A program made the translations under genes and the position numbers. A stretch of 63,247 nucleotides of DNA, the filler included, from Olpidium bornovanus S191 (lineage: Eukaryota > Fungi > Olpidiomycota): assembly GCA_017911155.1 (NCBI GenBank). It is 29 parts of 29 records of this genome, joined end to end, with 100 filler letters (N's around TTAATTAATTAA, not from the genome) between each part and the next. Parts side by side here need not be neighbours in the genome. Positions count along the whole stretch, not along the records: positions 21,928 to 24,548 come from JAEFCI010007111.1; positions 24,649 to 25,695 come from JAEFCI010013415.1; positions 25,796 to 29,116 come from JAEFCI010006300.1; positions 29,217 to 30,950 come from JAEFCI010001516.1; positions 31,051 to 35,015 come from JAEFCI010012381.1; positions 35,116 to 37,036 come from JAEFCI010012245.1; 23 more parts are not named here. One strand, 5' to 3'. The notes beneath the pieces are model-generated. The model searched no databases and had not been told where the DNA came from. It saw only the letters and a program-made list of their open reading frames with translations. Shown here piece after piece: positions 22,259-35,389 of the stretch. The stretch's first letter is position 1. Each line of letters starts with the position of its first letter.

Positions 22259-24548
22259 ATGGCGGCGGCGACAGCTCCGGACCAGAAGGGGGTGCTGCTC
22301 ACCGTCTGGGCGACGCACGACTTTGTTGCGGAGAACGAGGACGAGCTGCCCTTTTATGCTGGCGAGCCAGTGGAAGTGCTTGAGAAGGACGAGGAGTTCG
22401 GTGACGGCTGGTGGCTGGTGAGTTTCGGGGCTCTTGCTTCCCTGTTTCCCCTTCCCCTCTCCCCCTCCCCTTTCACCTTTCCCGCACGGCAGCAAGAGCG
22501 TATTCGACGGAGGTGGCCGAGTGGAAACCGCCTGGTTGCGGAATCGGAACTTTTTGACTTACCTTTTCCCGACCCGGCTCCATTCTGCGCAAGGGTCGCG
22601 ACTCGAACGAACGCGTCGGTTTGTTCCCTGCTTCTTTTGTCACGGACATCCCCCCCGAGGGTGAAGGCCTGGCGGGAGAGCATGAGTCATCGTACTCGGT
22701 GAGCGGCGCTTCGGAGCCGCAGAGCGTTCACAGTTCGGTTGGCGTTGACCAGAGCGTCGAGCCGCGCGGCTTGCAGTCCTCGACCCGTCGCGGCGAGGGT
22801 AACGAATCTGTTGACAACCCGGGGAATATCGAGCTTGCGAACCTCGTAGCAGCCGCGATCGCTGCGGCTCGAGCTGACGGAGCTCCCATTCCGAGCGACG
22901 AGAACGACGAAGTTAAAGTGGTGAACACGGCGAATGTCGCCGCGCCTCTTTTGGCGGAACGCTTGACGGGTCGCGGAAGCGGCTCGTCGCCCGAGGAAAT
23001 ACAGCAGGAGTACGATGATACGATGAGAGAAATTGAAGCATCCCGCACTTCTCGGCCGCAGGCGGGAGGCGGAGGTGCCACGGCCTTGCGGTGCGATTCC
23101 AACGTCACTGCCCCGGGCGGTCGCCGGGAATGGGGCAGGCAAGTCGTCGAGGAAGTCGCGTCTCCGAGCGTGTGGAGTCCGCCGGGAAAGCCAAAACTGC
23201 CGCCATTAAAGACCGGAAGCGCAGACGTCGCGGCAGCGGTGGAGAATCTTGCGATTTCCATTGGGAAGGAGGAACATGATCAATCGTCGCCCCCGAACGC
23301 CACCCAGCGCGTCGACGGCCGCCCGCCGTTGACCGCAGGTGTCACCTATGGTTCCAACATTTTTGCAAGCGGAGCGTTCCAGCAGCCGAAATCAGACATC
23401 CCTCAGGGTCACCCAAGGAATTGGAGCATCAACGATGTATACAACTGGCTCATTTCACGGGGCTTTGAGGCGGACGCCGCGAGCTTTGCGGGTAGGATGG
23501 AACGCCTGTTTGACCGTCCTCCTCCGTTGTCGGTTGCGTATATTTTGCGGGGCAATTAAGGTTCCTCGCGGGAATTCATTATAATTACCACACAGAGAAC
23601 GAAATAACCGGTGCTATCCTGTTGGAGCTGGATCTCACGACGCTCAAAGAGCTTGGTGTGACTTCCTTTGGGAAGCGATTCAACATGATGCACGCCGTGG
23701 CCGATTTGAAAGAGGAGTGGGGCTTGTGCATAGTTACTCCTGTTGTTTCCGATAATCTGGTGCTCTCGACAACAAATTCATCCCTGGGTCTTAGCTCCGA
23801 GGCGTTGGATGATTCGTCCGTACGCGTTCCGTCATCCGGGAAGATGGCGTCCATGACATCACAGGAATCGGGTTTCAAGTCGGAAGGCCGCGGAGACTAC
23901 CTTCGTCGGGATTCCACCTCCCAAGTACTAATGCCGGAGACGGATGCTGCGAGTTTTAGGTCGGAAGGCCGCGGGAATATTTTTCGTCGGGATTCTACAT
24001 CTCAATCAACGATACCGGAGATGGATGCTGCCGCCACTGGGGAGTTCCGTAGGAAGCCGATATCGTCGTTATACTCTTCCGCGTCCGCGCAGCCGCCGGA
24101 CGTGGAGTCGTTGCGGCCGGTTCGCAGATTCTCCAGGACGGGCTCGGTGGCAACTCGCCCAGCTCCTACTCCGCCGCGCACTCGGGGGAACGACTTTACG
24201 CAAAAGCCTCACGCCGTCGTCGGTGGGAGCCATCCCTGCCAACCGGCTATTCCGGCGCGGTACTCGAGCGTGCCGGGCGTCGACGAGTTTCGTCCACCGA
24301 CGAACCTTAAAGCCCCGAAAAATGACAGCAATCCCGGTCCTCAGGCCAAGTGAGTGAACGGTTATCGGTGGCTGCGGATGAAGGCGTGTTTGTCCTTTTT
24401 TTCGCACATGATCACCGTGGGCACTGGACATGTGTTTTGTGCTCCGTCGCACACGATCGCCGCGGGCGCTGGATGTGTTAATACGTGTTTCCGTTTCCCC
24501 TAGCCAGTCGCCCACGGCCAGTTCCTCAAGTTCCTTGAGATACCTCCC
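22259..24548 (+). CDS. BOI1: Boi1/Boi2-like polarity scaffold (SH3 + SAM), 3' truncated
   Basis: N-terminal SH3 (ATHDFVAENEDELPF..KDEEFGDGWW | GLFPASFV) and SAM (WSINDVYNWL | ENEITGAILLELDLTTLKELGVTSFGKRF); the expected PH domain lies beyond the contig end. Confidence 0.85.
23880..24035 (+). repeat. 81-bp (27-aa) tandem duplication inside the Boi-like CDS
   Basis: SEGRGDYLRRDSTSQVLMPETDAA / SEGRGNIFRRDSTSQSTIPEMDAA; units start at 23880 and 23961. Confidence 0.9.
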
Positions 24549-24660
24549 NNNNNNNNNNNNNNNNNNNNNNNNNNNNNNNNNNNNNNNNNNNNTTAATTAA
24601 TTAANNNNNNNNNNNNNNNNNNNNNNNNNNNNNNNNNNNNNNNNNNNNGGGCGGGGGGGG

Positions 24661-24698
<38 letters not shown>

Positions 24699-24710
24699 TG
24701 CTGTCCCGGT

Positions 24711-25503
24711 TTGTCAAACCCCTCGTTGACGGAGAGGAACGACTCCGTCGCCGCGGCCCCGCAGTTCGAAATCCGGACAGCGCCGGGACTGTCCAAGAAA
24801 CCGCAGCAGGGTATTGATGACCGCACGCCGCGGGACCCTTTCAGCCCGCCGTACCCGGCCAAACTGCTCCTGCGCGAATACGAACGGCACGTGCTGCTAT
24901 TCAACAAGTTCGCCGTCTGCAGGGAGCACCTGCTGGTCGTGACGAAAGGTGCGCCCGCGCGCGGCATTTCAACCTGAGCACAGCCCTTTGGTTGAACGTC
25001 CGAAGGAATCTTAACCGGCCCTGGCGCCTCCCTGCCCCCCCACCTCTCCCATCTCTCGGTTTGACTCGGCGCTGACTCCTTTTGATTTTGTCGTCGCCCG
25101 TCCCCCCACCCGTCTTGTGTTTGCTGGGCAGAATTCCGTAAACAGACGGAGCCTGTTACGCCCGAGGACTTCGGGGCGGCGTGGGAGGTCATGGACGAGA
25201 GGAAGGAACGGAATTACATCGCGTTTTACAACTGCGGCGACGATTCCGGCGCGAGGTGAGCGCGCGCAAACCCGTCGATTGGGGGAGGAGGCAGGGGAGG
25301 GAGAGGCGGTGTTTTTTGCTTGCCCTTTGTGACTTCGACCCCGCGGCGGCTGAGGCGACCACCAGGTGTTTATGATTTTGTTTTTTTATATCCGATTGCT
25401 CAGCCAACCGCACAAGCACATACAGCTGGTCCCCGGGAACGCCGAAGGGCGGGAGTTTTACCCGCCAGTGATGAGGTTGATCGCCGGTGTAAACGAAAAA
25501 CCA
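24711..25503 (+). CDS. APA2: Ap4A phosphorylase / ATP adenylyltransferase (Apa1/Apa2 family), partial
   Basis: DPFSPP..LLFNKFAVCREHLLVVTK | EFRKQTEPVTPEDF..AFYNCGDDSGAS | QPHKHIQ (HxHxQ motif). Confidence 0.88.
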
Positions 25504-25603
25504 GGTGGGATTATCTTGACGGCGATTCGGGCCGGGCGTCCTCTTTTTTTCGTACACTGTACCCCACTCTCGATGTCCCCTACTAACCCGACCTGCGGAA
25601 ACG

Positions 25604-25655
<52 letters not shown>

Positions 25656-25659
25656 CGCG

Positions 25660-25695
<36 letters not shown>

Positions 25696-25795
25696 NNNNN
25701 NNNNNNNNNNNNNNNNNNNNNNNNNNNNNNNNNNNNNNNTTAATTAATTAANNNNNNNNNNNNNNNNNNNNNNNNNNNNNNNNNNNNNNNNNNNN

Positions 25796-26010
25796 AATGA
25801 GAACGTGTATATATGCGACGGAAATGCCAGTGGCCCAGACGGCGCAGTCATTCCAAGTGGCCACGGCGAGGACGACGCGAATGGAGCCATAGGCAACGAC
25901 CGGGGCGTAGGTCATGTCGCAGTCGACGTCCTCTTGTTGGAAGAACCCGCGTGCTACCAATCGAGCACGATACTTCTCAACTCCATGCTGTCCATCGTAA
26001 CCGGGCTCAC
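25796..26010 (-). mobile_element. Ty1/copia RT N-terminal fragment
   Basis: VEKYRARLVARGFFQQEDVDCDMTYAPVVAYGSIRVVLAVA. Confidence 0.88.
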
Positions 26011-26721
26011 CGCGCAACGGAAGGGCCCCAACCGGTGTTTTGAAACAGCAAAGAAAAAAACCCGTCTCTGTCAGTGGATCTCGTCCCGACCGCACACACA
26101 CCACCGCCATATGACATGGGAACTACAGAGGTGACGGCGATTGATGCAGATGCACAGAAGACCGTGGAAGAAAACTGCAGTTGGAAAAGTAGACAAGCGC
26201 AAAATCGACCGGACGAGGATAGGCGTTGAATGCGGTGGCGTGAGCGTATATCCTGCATCGCAGTTTTTGAACGAGAAGAAAAAGGTTTCACGCTCGGGCG
26301 AGCAGCAGGGATCTGCCGTGCCGCGCCTGCTGGCCACCGTTCCGTCATTCAATTTCGCTTCCGCCTCACCGAGAAAAAAAAACGACTGCAGTTACACAAA
26401 CTATTTCCACATGGGGGAAGTCGGGAGTTCGTTTTTATAACTAGCACCCCCCCACGACTTGATATGCGGGAAAGAAACCAGAAAAGCGCCCGTGGTTCAA
26501 AGGAAAGAAGGAGAAAAAAAAGATCGGACTCTTCTGCTCAAGCGTGATTTCCCACCCACCCCCCGACCCGGGGCCGGGGGGGTGAGGAGAGGGGAGGAAG
26601 GAGGGGGCGGATGTAGTGGGGGGTGGGTGGCTAAGACAACAAACAACGGAGAAGAAGCCTTAGGTTCCCTCCAGCTTCAGGGGAGAGTTTACACGTCTTT
26701 TCGGCTGGGTTCCGACGACCA

Positions 26722-28875
26722 TCAGTACCGCGTTGGCCTCGAGTAGTGATCGTAACCGTGCGAGGCCGCAGGAGCCGGAGAATAATATGGTCTGGGAGAC
26801 GGGCGGTGATCGTACAACCGGTCGTCCACGTAAACCGGCGGTTGCGCCGGCGGCGGGGGCGAGCGCCGGTCATACACGTTCCTGCTGGCGACGTAAGGGT
26901 CACGGGCCGGGGGAGCGTACCTGTCGGCGTACCTGGCCGGAAGAGCGTACGACACCGGCATCGGCGGTGGGCTGTACCGACGCCTGCGGTAAGGGTCGTT
27001 GTCAGTATATGGGTCTTGGTTGGGTTCCCTGTAAGGCTCCCTGTAGCTTTCGCGATAATCCATCACGGGATGCCTCATCGGAGGATACGCATCTGAACGA
27101 AAGTGGCAAAACGGAGCCGACGTAAGCGATACCACGAGAAAGCTATCCCTTTTACTAAAGAATTCGTTCGGCCGTCACGTACCCCGAGGGCGCCGCTTTT
27201 CCTGATCGCGCAGAAAGCCGGGAGGGTGCGACGTCCGGTGCAATCGTTGGTTCACAACACTCCAGGCAATGCAAAAAAAAAAAAAAAAAAAAAAACACCC
27301 ACATCTCCAATGTAGCGACCGGGGGTCGGGGGGCGGGGCCGAGGGCTGCGTGCCTGGTCGCGAAGGTTATCACAAAAATAATCAGAGAAGCCAAAATTCG
27401 GTGGCTAACAAAAACACGCTGCGTGTCCGGGATCCGGCGAGCGATGTTTCGGGGAAGGTGTGCACCCGATTCCCTCACAATTTCGGCCTTCACGGGTCGC
27501 CCGTGCAACTCGAGCCCGTTCGCGCTTTGCGCGGCGTGTCCAGCGGCCTCGGCTGTGTCAAAATTGACGAAGGCAAAACCACGTGATTCGCGCGTGTGAG
27601 GATCGGAAATCACGGAGGCCTTGGTCACCTTTGAGAATTTTCAAAAAAAAAAAAAAAAAGGCACAGCGGCCAAAAGCCGCGCAAACAAGAACACGGAGCG
27701 CGTCATTTTATCGTTACCGAGACGGGACGCAAATGTGAACGCGGATATTACGAAAACGAACCGTTCCGTATCTGCTGAAAAGCGTCTCGAGGTCGCTGGT
27801 GGTGGTCTTGCTGCTGAGGTTAGTCACGAAAACCACGCTCCCGGGAACAGGCCTGAGGGAAGCCAAGGCAAAGTAGAAAAGTGCGCGTCGTGGAAGCCGT
27901 GCGTAGTCCGGTGCGACGGTTGAGCAGACGGCGTTCCCAGTTTTGCAGCGTCAAAAGTTGAAATAACGGGCGTTATCAATTTGCCAATTAGCGCGTGCTG
28001 CCGACGAGGGACCCGGGAGAGAGGTGGGGTGAAAGGAGAAGGAAGGGTGGGAAACGGGCGAAGGGGGCGGCTCCAAGGCGGAATTGAATCTGCTGCGGCC
28101 TGCGCTGAGAAGACGGCTGCGAAAATCTGGGATTTTTTCGGTTGGAAAGCTGTGCGACTGGAGTTGGACTCGTGTTTCCAGCGGCGCAGGCATCGTCGGC
28201 GACGACGCAGAAGGCGAAAGGGAGGGGACGGGGGAACGACGAAAGACGCTGAAAGCGGCTGCAACTCTACACGGCGCTCCCCGGCGCCGCAGCGGGAAGT
28301 TGCTGGGGGGACACTCGCGTTGCCCCGTACTTTGAGGTTAGGGGTAGGGGCGAAACGGGGACGGCCCCTTGGGACTGAAGGCGGAGAGAGAGATTTTGGA
28401 CGGCACACGCTCACAAGGGCCACGGCACGTACGCTGAGCGAGATCCCTGCTGCTGCTGGTGCTGCTGCGGATGCTGGTGCTGCATGGGCGGCGGCGGCGG
28501 CGGCGGCAGCCGATGCGGCTGGCGGTGGTGGCTGAGGGCGGTGGAGGAGCCCGGGCTGCCGTTCGCGCGGGCGTCCCTGTCACGGTGGTGGACTCCTCCT
28601 CCTCCTCCTCCTCCGGACGCAACGGCCGGGCCTCCCCCGCCCGGCGCCCCGACGGCCCCTCCCCCCCCGGCCCCGCCGGCCACTCCGCCTCCTACGCCCC
28701 CTCCCTGCGCGGGGCGGTGGTGGTGGGGCTGGTGGTGGCCGTGGTGGCCGTGGTGGGGGGGGTGGTGGTGGCCGTAGTCGTCGTGGTCCTGGACGCGCGT
28801 GTAATGCTCGGCCAGCTCCGGGGAACGAGAGCGGGAGTCACGGTGGTGGCGGGGATAGCTCAGGCCGTAGTCCAT
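26722..28875 (-). CDS. TRA2: Transformer-2-like single-RRM splicing factor
   Basis: His-rich first exon (ATG 28875); RNP2 VFVTNL; RNP1 ESRGFAFVNF; Tra2-type linker RPRPPTPGRYIG; Arg/Tyr/Pro-rich last exon ending at 26722. Confidence 0.82.
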
Positions 28876-29039
28876 GGCTGCGCGCCGCCCGCCGGTGACA
28901 GGCGACAACGGCGGAGAGAGGCGGGCGGGAGGAAGGGGGAGGGGAAGGGAGGGGTGGCGGGGAGGCTCGGGAGGGTTTTCTTTTTCAATTTTTTTTTTTT
29001 TTTTTTTCCGTTTTTCTCCTTTTTTGGCGTCTCCCGCGC

Positions 29040-29105
<66 letters not shown>

Positions 29106-30391
29106 GGTTGGGGGGGNNNNNNNNNNNNNNNNNNNNNNNNNNNNNNNNNNNNNNNNNNNNTTAATTAATTAANNNNNNNNNNNNNNNNNNNNNNNNNNNN
29201 NNNNNNNNNNNNNNNNCACTCTTGAAAGCCAGTGCGTCGTCGGGGGGTGAAAACAGAATAGGAGCCAACGGTGAAAAACAACGCTTATTTGTGTGCAATG
29301 TTCGCGATCAGCAGAAATCAAGGCAAACGGATACATGGTAGAGAAAGGGAGAGCGGGTATTTAGCCAGGTCTCGCAGCTTTACCTCTGCGGCGCCGGAAA
29401 ACGACCGCATCGGCAGGCAACCTTGAGCTCAATCCTGATGTTCTTTATGCCTTGGTGAGGAGCGCGTCTGAACTGGTAAAAATGAATGGAATTGGAATGG
29501 CGCAAGAGAACGCCGTGATGTCAGTCAAATTCGAGTCTCGTGGGACCTTCGGTGATGAATACGTCACCCAGGTTTTCTTTTGATGGAATGCGAAATTTGC
29601 TTGATCTTGCTGGCGGTGTGTGTGTGTGTGTGTGAAGGGAGGGGGGGGTCTGCAGCGACGCCAACATAAAGAATGCAAATTTCACTGCACTTGGTCTATG
29701 TTTTTGGCCGCGGCGTGCATCGTTTGCGATTTTGATCACGTCGCCGTTTTTCGATATAAAACAAGAGGATGTGTTTGATGACGTTTTGAAACCGGGGAAT
29801 CTCACAGCGAAATACCCAACGGACGTGCCCCTGCGCGAGCCTTCCGGAACACGACGCCCTTTTGCTTTTGCCCCGAAAAGTCGTCACGAGGCGGGCAGCG
29901 CGGTTAGAAAAGGGTTGGTTTATTCTACCGCGGCCGCTCAAAAAAAAAACCGGCACAGTTCGCCGGGTTACCCGCGCGCTCTCGACGCACGGAGGCGGCG
30001 TCGGGCAAAAAGCGGGTCAGTCTTTCGGCCGAACGGGCCTACCGACGGCAAAAATGGCGTCCGGGTCCCCGCCCTGTTCTGCCCTTCTCCCCCCCCCACC
30101 CCCACAAGATAAGATGCTTTGCGACGAAAACCTCTTGACTCGGGGCGCGGGGCGACGGCGGGCGCGGTCAGTCGCTGTCGCTTCGTCTAAGTCGCCAAGC
30201 AAACGCGGAAGTGGTTCCCGGCAGACGGGGGCGGGAAAAACCGCCCGGCTGCCGCTGTGAAAAAAAAAAAAAAGCAGAAGACTTTTCGGCCACGGCCACA
30301 CGGCGAGTTTCTCCCTACCCACGGACGTCGCGTCTCCGAGCGGCGGCTTGACAGCCCGCGGCCGCCGCGCGCTGCCCCGAGCCGCCGCGGG

Positions 30392-30625
30392 GGCGGCGCG
30401 GTGGAAGGACTTGACCCCCGATCACGTTCACGGGCGGCACGGCGGTTTCGGCGGGGCCAGGGAAAGGGCGGGGTGGGGGCTGGGAACGCTCGGAAACGCG
30501 ACCTCCGCGGGTAGGAGAAGCCGGCGTGTGGCGGCGCGGTGGAAAGACTTGACCGCCGATCACGATCGCAGGCGGCTTGGCGGGTTCGGCGTGGGCCGGG
30601 AAAAGGGCGGGGGGTGGAAAGGTGC
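30392..30625 (+). repeat. Imperfect direct repeat, period 138 bp, 2 copies
   Basis: GCGGCGCGGTGGAA(G/A)GACTTGACC(C/G)CCGATCACG..GG(T/G)TTCGGCG..GGGAAAGGGCGGGG at about 30392 and 30530. Confidence 0.8.
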
Positions 30626-31239
30626 GCGCGGCGGGTGGGAAGGTGCGCGCGGCGGGGGTTCCCAGAAAAACACTTGCCCGAAGGAGAGAGAGCCAGCCGC
30701 GGTTTTTTATTTTATGTCAAGCGCCGTTCGTCTTCCGAATACACCAACCGGCAATGCCAACACTGGCCTCAAACCGTCCTCACCGTCTATGGAAAACAGA
30801 AAACTGCCGATTGCAAGAAATATAAAATCAAACTTTTGTGTTTTTGCTAATACCGGATTTTTGGCTTCGCAAGCATCCCTCGTCCTTGTGCGACACATTG
30901 CCACATCCGACCATAATATAACCTCTGATCTTCCGACAATCTACACGAAANNNNNNNNNNNNNNNNNNNNNNNNNNNNNNNNNNNNNNNNNNNNTTAATT
31001 AATTAANNNNNNNNNNNNNNNNNNNNNNNNNNNNNNNNNNNNNNNNNNNNGGCGCCCGGCACAGCACGCGCCCGCGGAAGTCCCGGGTATTTCTGTGGTG
31101 CGGGGGCGAAGGGGGCAGGGAGTGGGGTGAGGGGAAGGGGGGTGGAGATAAAAAAAAAACCTTGGACGCGTTTTCCGGGGCTGGGGGAAAAGGGGGGGCG
31201 GATCAGCGCACGCCCATCAGCGCGTTTTGCGCCAAAGTG

Positions 31240-32474
31240 AACGGACACGGCGCCGCCGCCCTCCCCTTCGCCTGCTCGAAGCTCACCGACGCCGCCGCCG
31301 CTGCCGTCGCCGCTGCTTCTCGCGCTGGCACCTCCGCCGCCGCCGGCGCCGCTGGCTTTGCCCTCCCGCCGACCGCAACGCCCTGCCGCTCCCGGCGGCC
31401 CTTCCGCTCGTGCCGGCACCCGCAGCAACCCCCGGCCCAGCTGGAGCTGCCCCCGGCACCTCGGACGCCGCCACCCCCGACGCCGACGCCGGCCTCGACT
31501 CCGCCCCCCGGTCCCCGGCCCCGCCGCCGCCCCCACCGCAGACGACTTCCCCGACGCCGCCGCTGCCCTTCGACGCCTCCGCCGCCCCCAACGCGGCCGG
31601 CGCTTTCGCTAGCCCCGCCAGCCCCGCGGGACCCGTCCGGTCTCCGGCTCTCCCTAGCTCGGGCTCCGCCGCCGACGCCGACGGCCTTGCTTCGGGTGCG
31701 GTTGGCCACAGCTCGGACGCGCGAAGGAGGCCCCCGTTAAACAGTATCTTGGCCGGCAAAAGGGGCCGTAGTGGACGACGCTAAAAGTTGGGCAGCAAAA
31801 CCTCCTAGAGTACTTCGGCCAAAGTCGCAGCCGCGCCGACAAAGCGTCGTTCTCTTCAACGTTTCCCTTGTTTTTCATCGTTCGCGTGGTCCGGCGACAT
31901 CCGACCAGCGAGTAACTGTCAATTGGGAACAAAGTAAATTTTTGTCCACTTTTCTGTGAAAAAAAAAAGCCGAAGCTGATCAAATGCGCTTGCGCGGCAT
32001 TCCTTTTTCCGGGTATATCACCGACAATAAAGAGTTGCTTATGGATCTGTTCGCCACCGTCGGTGGGATCCTGGCGGTGTGCCGGATCCCGGGGCCGCCG
32101 CCACCGCCGCAACCTCTGCCTCCGCCATCGCCTTCGCCGGGCCCGCCTTTGCCGCGCCCGCCCTCGCCGCCGCGACCGCCTTTGCCGTCGCCTCCACCGC
32201 CGCCGCCGCTAACGTCACCCCCTCTCGCCCCAGATCCGGTAATGTCCGGCCTGTGAGCCAAACTCATCAATCGACAACGTCTTCAAATCCGTTTTTGTCT
32301 CTTTCGAAACGCTGATCTGCTCGTTCGCTATTTTCTTCCCTTTTTTAATTTTTTGCCTCCCACCCCTTCCCCTCCCCCACGCGATCCGCAGAAGCTCGGC
32401 ACGATCTCCGAGAAACCGAGGAGGAACCGCTGCTCGCATCGGATGTGATCACAACCGGCCGTTTCCGCTGTTGA
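31240..32474 (+). CDS. Possible Ala/Pro-rich protein, 3' exons, with a partial RRM-like segment
   Basis: The exon MRLRGIPFSGYITDNKELLMDLFATVGGILAVCRIP..LAPDP (donor GTAATG near 32240) splices in frame to EARHDLRETEEE..RFRC-stop. The upstream structure is unresolved. Confidence 0.3.
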
Positions 32475-35389
32475 GCCAGGGCCGGAAGGGCCGGAACGAC
32501 GCTGGCTGCCGATTTCAATTCGCCAGCGACGACATTTTGTGCCTTTTTTTTTTTTTTTTTTTTGCTGGCGGGCTTCAGGGCGTTCGACACCATCCTTAAT
32601 TTGGCGGAGGCCGGGTGCGGGCGGTAGTAACCCTCGGTCGGGGGATGATGGTCGTCCGCCATTCGAACAGGGGTGACGACGTCGCTACAGTAAGCGGGGC
32701 CGTGTTTTATTTTTTGCCTGTAAGGGTGTTTTGGCGGCCTGCTAATTGCTTGACCACGCAACCCTGCAGGCCGCAATAGGCAGCGACGCATTCACCTACC
32801 TGGACCCGACTCCGGTGCTCAAGTGAACGAAGCACTGCGCCGGATTGGGGCCCGCTTGCAGCGGCGGAGAGCGAAGGACGTAAATGCCACGCTTCCGTTT
32901 GATCTACCTTTTATTTATTTATTTTTTTGTTTCCGTTACGCTCACTCCTTTGCTTCTAATGCTCTTAGTGTAAGGCTGGGCTCTTTACGGTTACCGGAAC
33001 CCGTTTTTTTGCCAGGTTCATTTCCCTGTCCTCTTCAAGTAATTGCCATTGCTGACACCTTCTGTTTAACCTTCCAAAAAATGAGACAAATTTGGTAAAT
33101 CTGTGTTGCAAATATTTTTCGGCGCCGCTGGTTCGCCTGCTAAACGACCCTTTAACCTGTAATCAAACCGCATCAAATCACAGGTAGACGAGATACGCGC
33201 AAAATTTTTTTACGTAATTTACTTATTATACTTTACTTTATTTGTTTTGCTTATTTTTTTATTTTATTTATTCGCTGTTCTTATGCGTATTACAAAAACC
33301 CGTTAGGACGTTTATAATTATGCAGCCTCTGATCCCAGGCAACTGGGGGCACGTAGGCAACCGACGAAGCTTTACAATGAGTGGAGGTCCGAGCTTCTTC
33401 CCCTGTTAAGACATCAGTTGGCGCACCACCCCCCCCCCCCCTATGTGTTTTTCCGTTCTTTTTTTATCGTGTTCCTCGAGGCACCTCAGCCCTTTTTGCT
33501 TTGGTGCCTCGTCTTTTCCATTTTTGCCGCCTCGTCTTTCCATTTTCATTTCTTGCGCTGCATTGACAACCGAGCGCACACGTCGCTTCGTGCGAACGGA
33601 ATCAACATTGTAAATTTACTGATACAATTCCTGGGTGAGTTCCGCTGCTTTCAGTCGATCCACAAATCTCGTGGGTTGGCTTGTTTCGGTTAAACGGTTC
33701 GTATATGTGACGGGCGACAATGATACCGCCGCATCGGCGCGGTGTCAAAAAAAAAGTTACACCGGCAGCTGCAAAAAAAAAGGTATAGGGGGGGGCCGGA
33801 AAAAAAGTACATAAACAACACTTGACGCCAAAGTCTTTGCAGAGCCGAACGGGGCTAACGGCCCGCTCGGCGACGGAAGATGGAATCCCACGTACTGCCG
33901 ACGAAGCCCCGTCCCTCCGTGTGGGCGCGCCTGAAGGCGTCTCTGATCTTCCTGTACGATCGCAAAAGGCCGAGGGAGAACGTTTTTTGGCCGGGTCTTC
34001 CTTCGGCGCCTGCGCCCGACCCGTCGCGCGAATTTCTTTAATTTTTTTTTTTGTTGGCCGGCAAGGCTTTATTTCTTTCGGCGCTGTTTCCTGCTTCCCC
34101 GTGCTAAATCTGGCGACGTCTCTACTTCAATGCTCGGTGTTCCCGTGTTTCCGGGCTTCCGTATGGAATAACATCATACCCCAAAAAACGGGACCGGAAT
34201 GTGTCGACGGCAAGAATACTTTTTTTGTTTGCATAAAGACAGGAACAGAAGTCCTTTGTCACCTTTTTTTTGCGAAAACCAAAACGAAATTCAAACGCTC
34301 TTTCGTTTCAGCGGGACCTGCGAAAGTGGGGGAGGGGGGAATTCCGCATCCGAAAAAAGGTTGCAAACCCTTTTTTTAATTCGCTTATTTTCCTCGTTAT
34401 GTGAGAACCAACTTTAGCCGCGTTCTCGTTTCTTTTTTGGGACGTGCTTCGTTGTTGTCGTCGGGATCAGTCTTTCTGGGGGGAGGGGAGGGGGAGGGGG
34501 AGGGTGTTGGTCCGCTCTCCTTTTGCAGAAAGGGGTAAAAGGGAGTTTAAACCCTGTTTTGTTTTTGTTGTGAACCAAAAGAGTACGCTCTACGGTCACG
34601 TGATCAAAGATGCCAAGACCGGGAGGGGAGCTCCCCCTGGAGCTCTTCCTCCCGCCGTCAAACGCAAACAACGGAAGGGAAAAGGAGAGGAAGGAAGACG
34701 GAAGAGAGAGAACCCCTTTTACCGCAACAGTTTTTTTCTTTTCTGAACCCTGTCCCGGTATTTCACGGGAATTTCCCCGCGGTGACAGAACCCCGCAAGG
34801 TGCGGCTTTTTTGATTTTCGCGGTCTTCCATCCTTCCCGCCCCCCCCCCCCCCCCCCCCCCCTCCCCCCCCCCCCCCCCGCCGCCGCCCCCGCCGCCGCC
34901 GCAAGCCATCTTTCCGATCGCCTCTGCAGCCTGCGCTTCTCCGCCGCCGCCCCGCATTTTTGTCGCCGCCGCATCTTCCGGCCGCTTTCGCCGCCCCCCC
35001 GCCGCCATCGCCGCCNNNNNNNNNNNNNNNNNNNNNNNNNNNNNNNNNNNNNNNNNNNNTTAATTAATTAANNNNNNNNNNNNNNNNNNNNNNNNNNNNN
35101 NNNNNNNNNNNNNNNCAGTGACGAAAACAAAAAAAAGAACGTTTGAGGATTGGCGGTTGACACCCTGCCTGCGAAAGCGGCGCAGCGGGGCAGGCGGCGG
35201 ATTTCCGACGCTCGAAAAACGATCATCGCGTCATGCCACGTATACCCCCCCATCTCACGGGCGCGGAAAAGAAGTTTTTATATTAAAATATATCAAAACG
35301 GCGGGCTCTCCTTCTCGCCTCCCTTGTGCGCCGCCGGGCCGGGGCTCCCGGCAGGCGCCGGAACCGGACGGGGCCGGGCCGGCGACACC

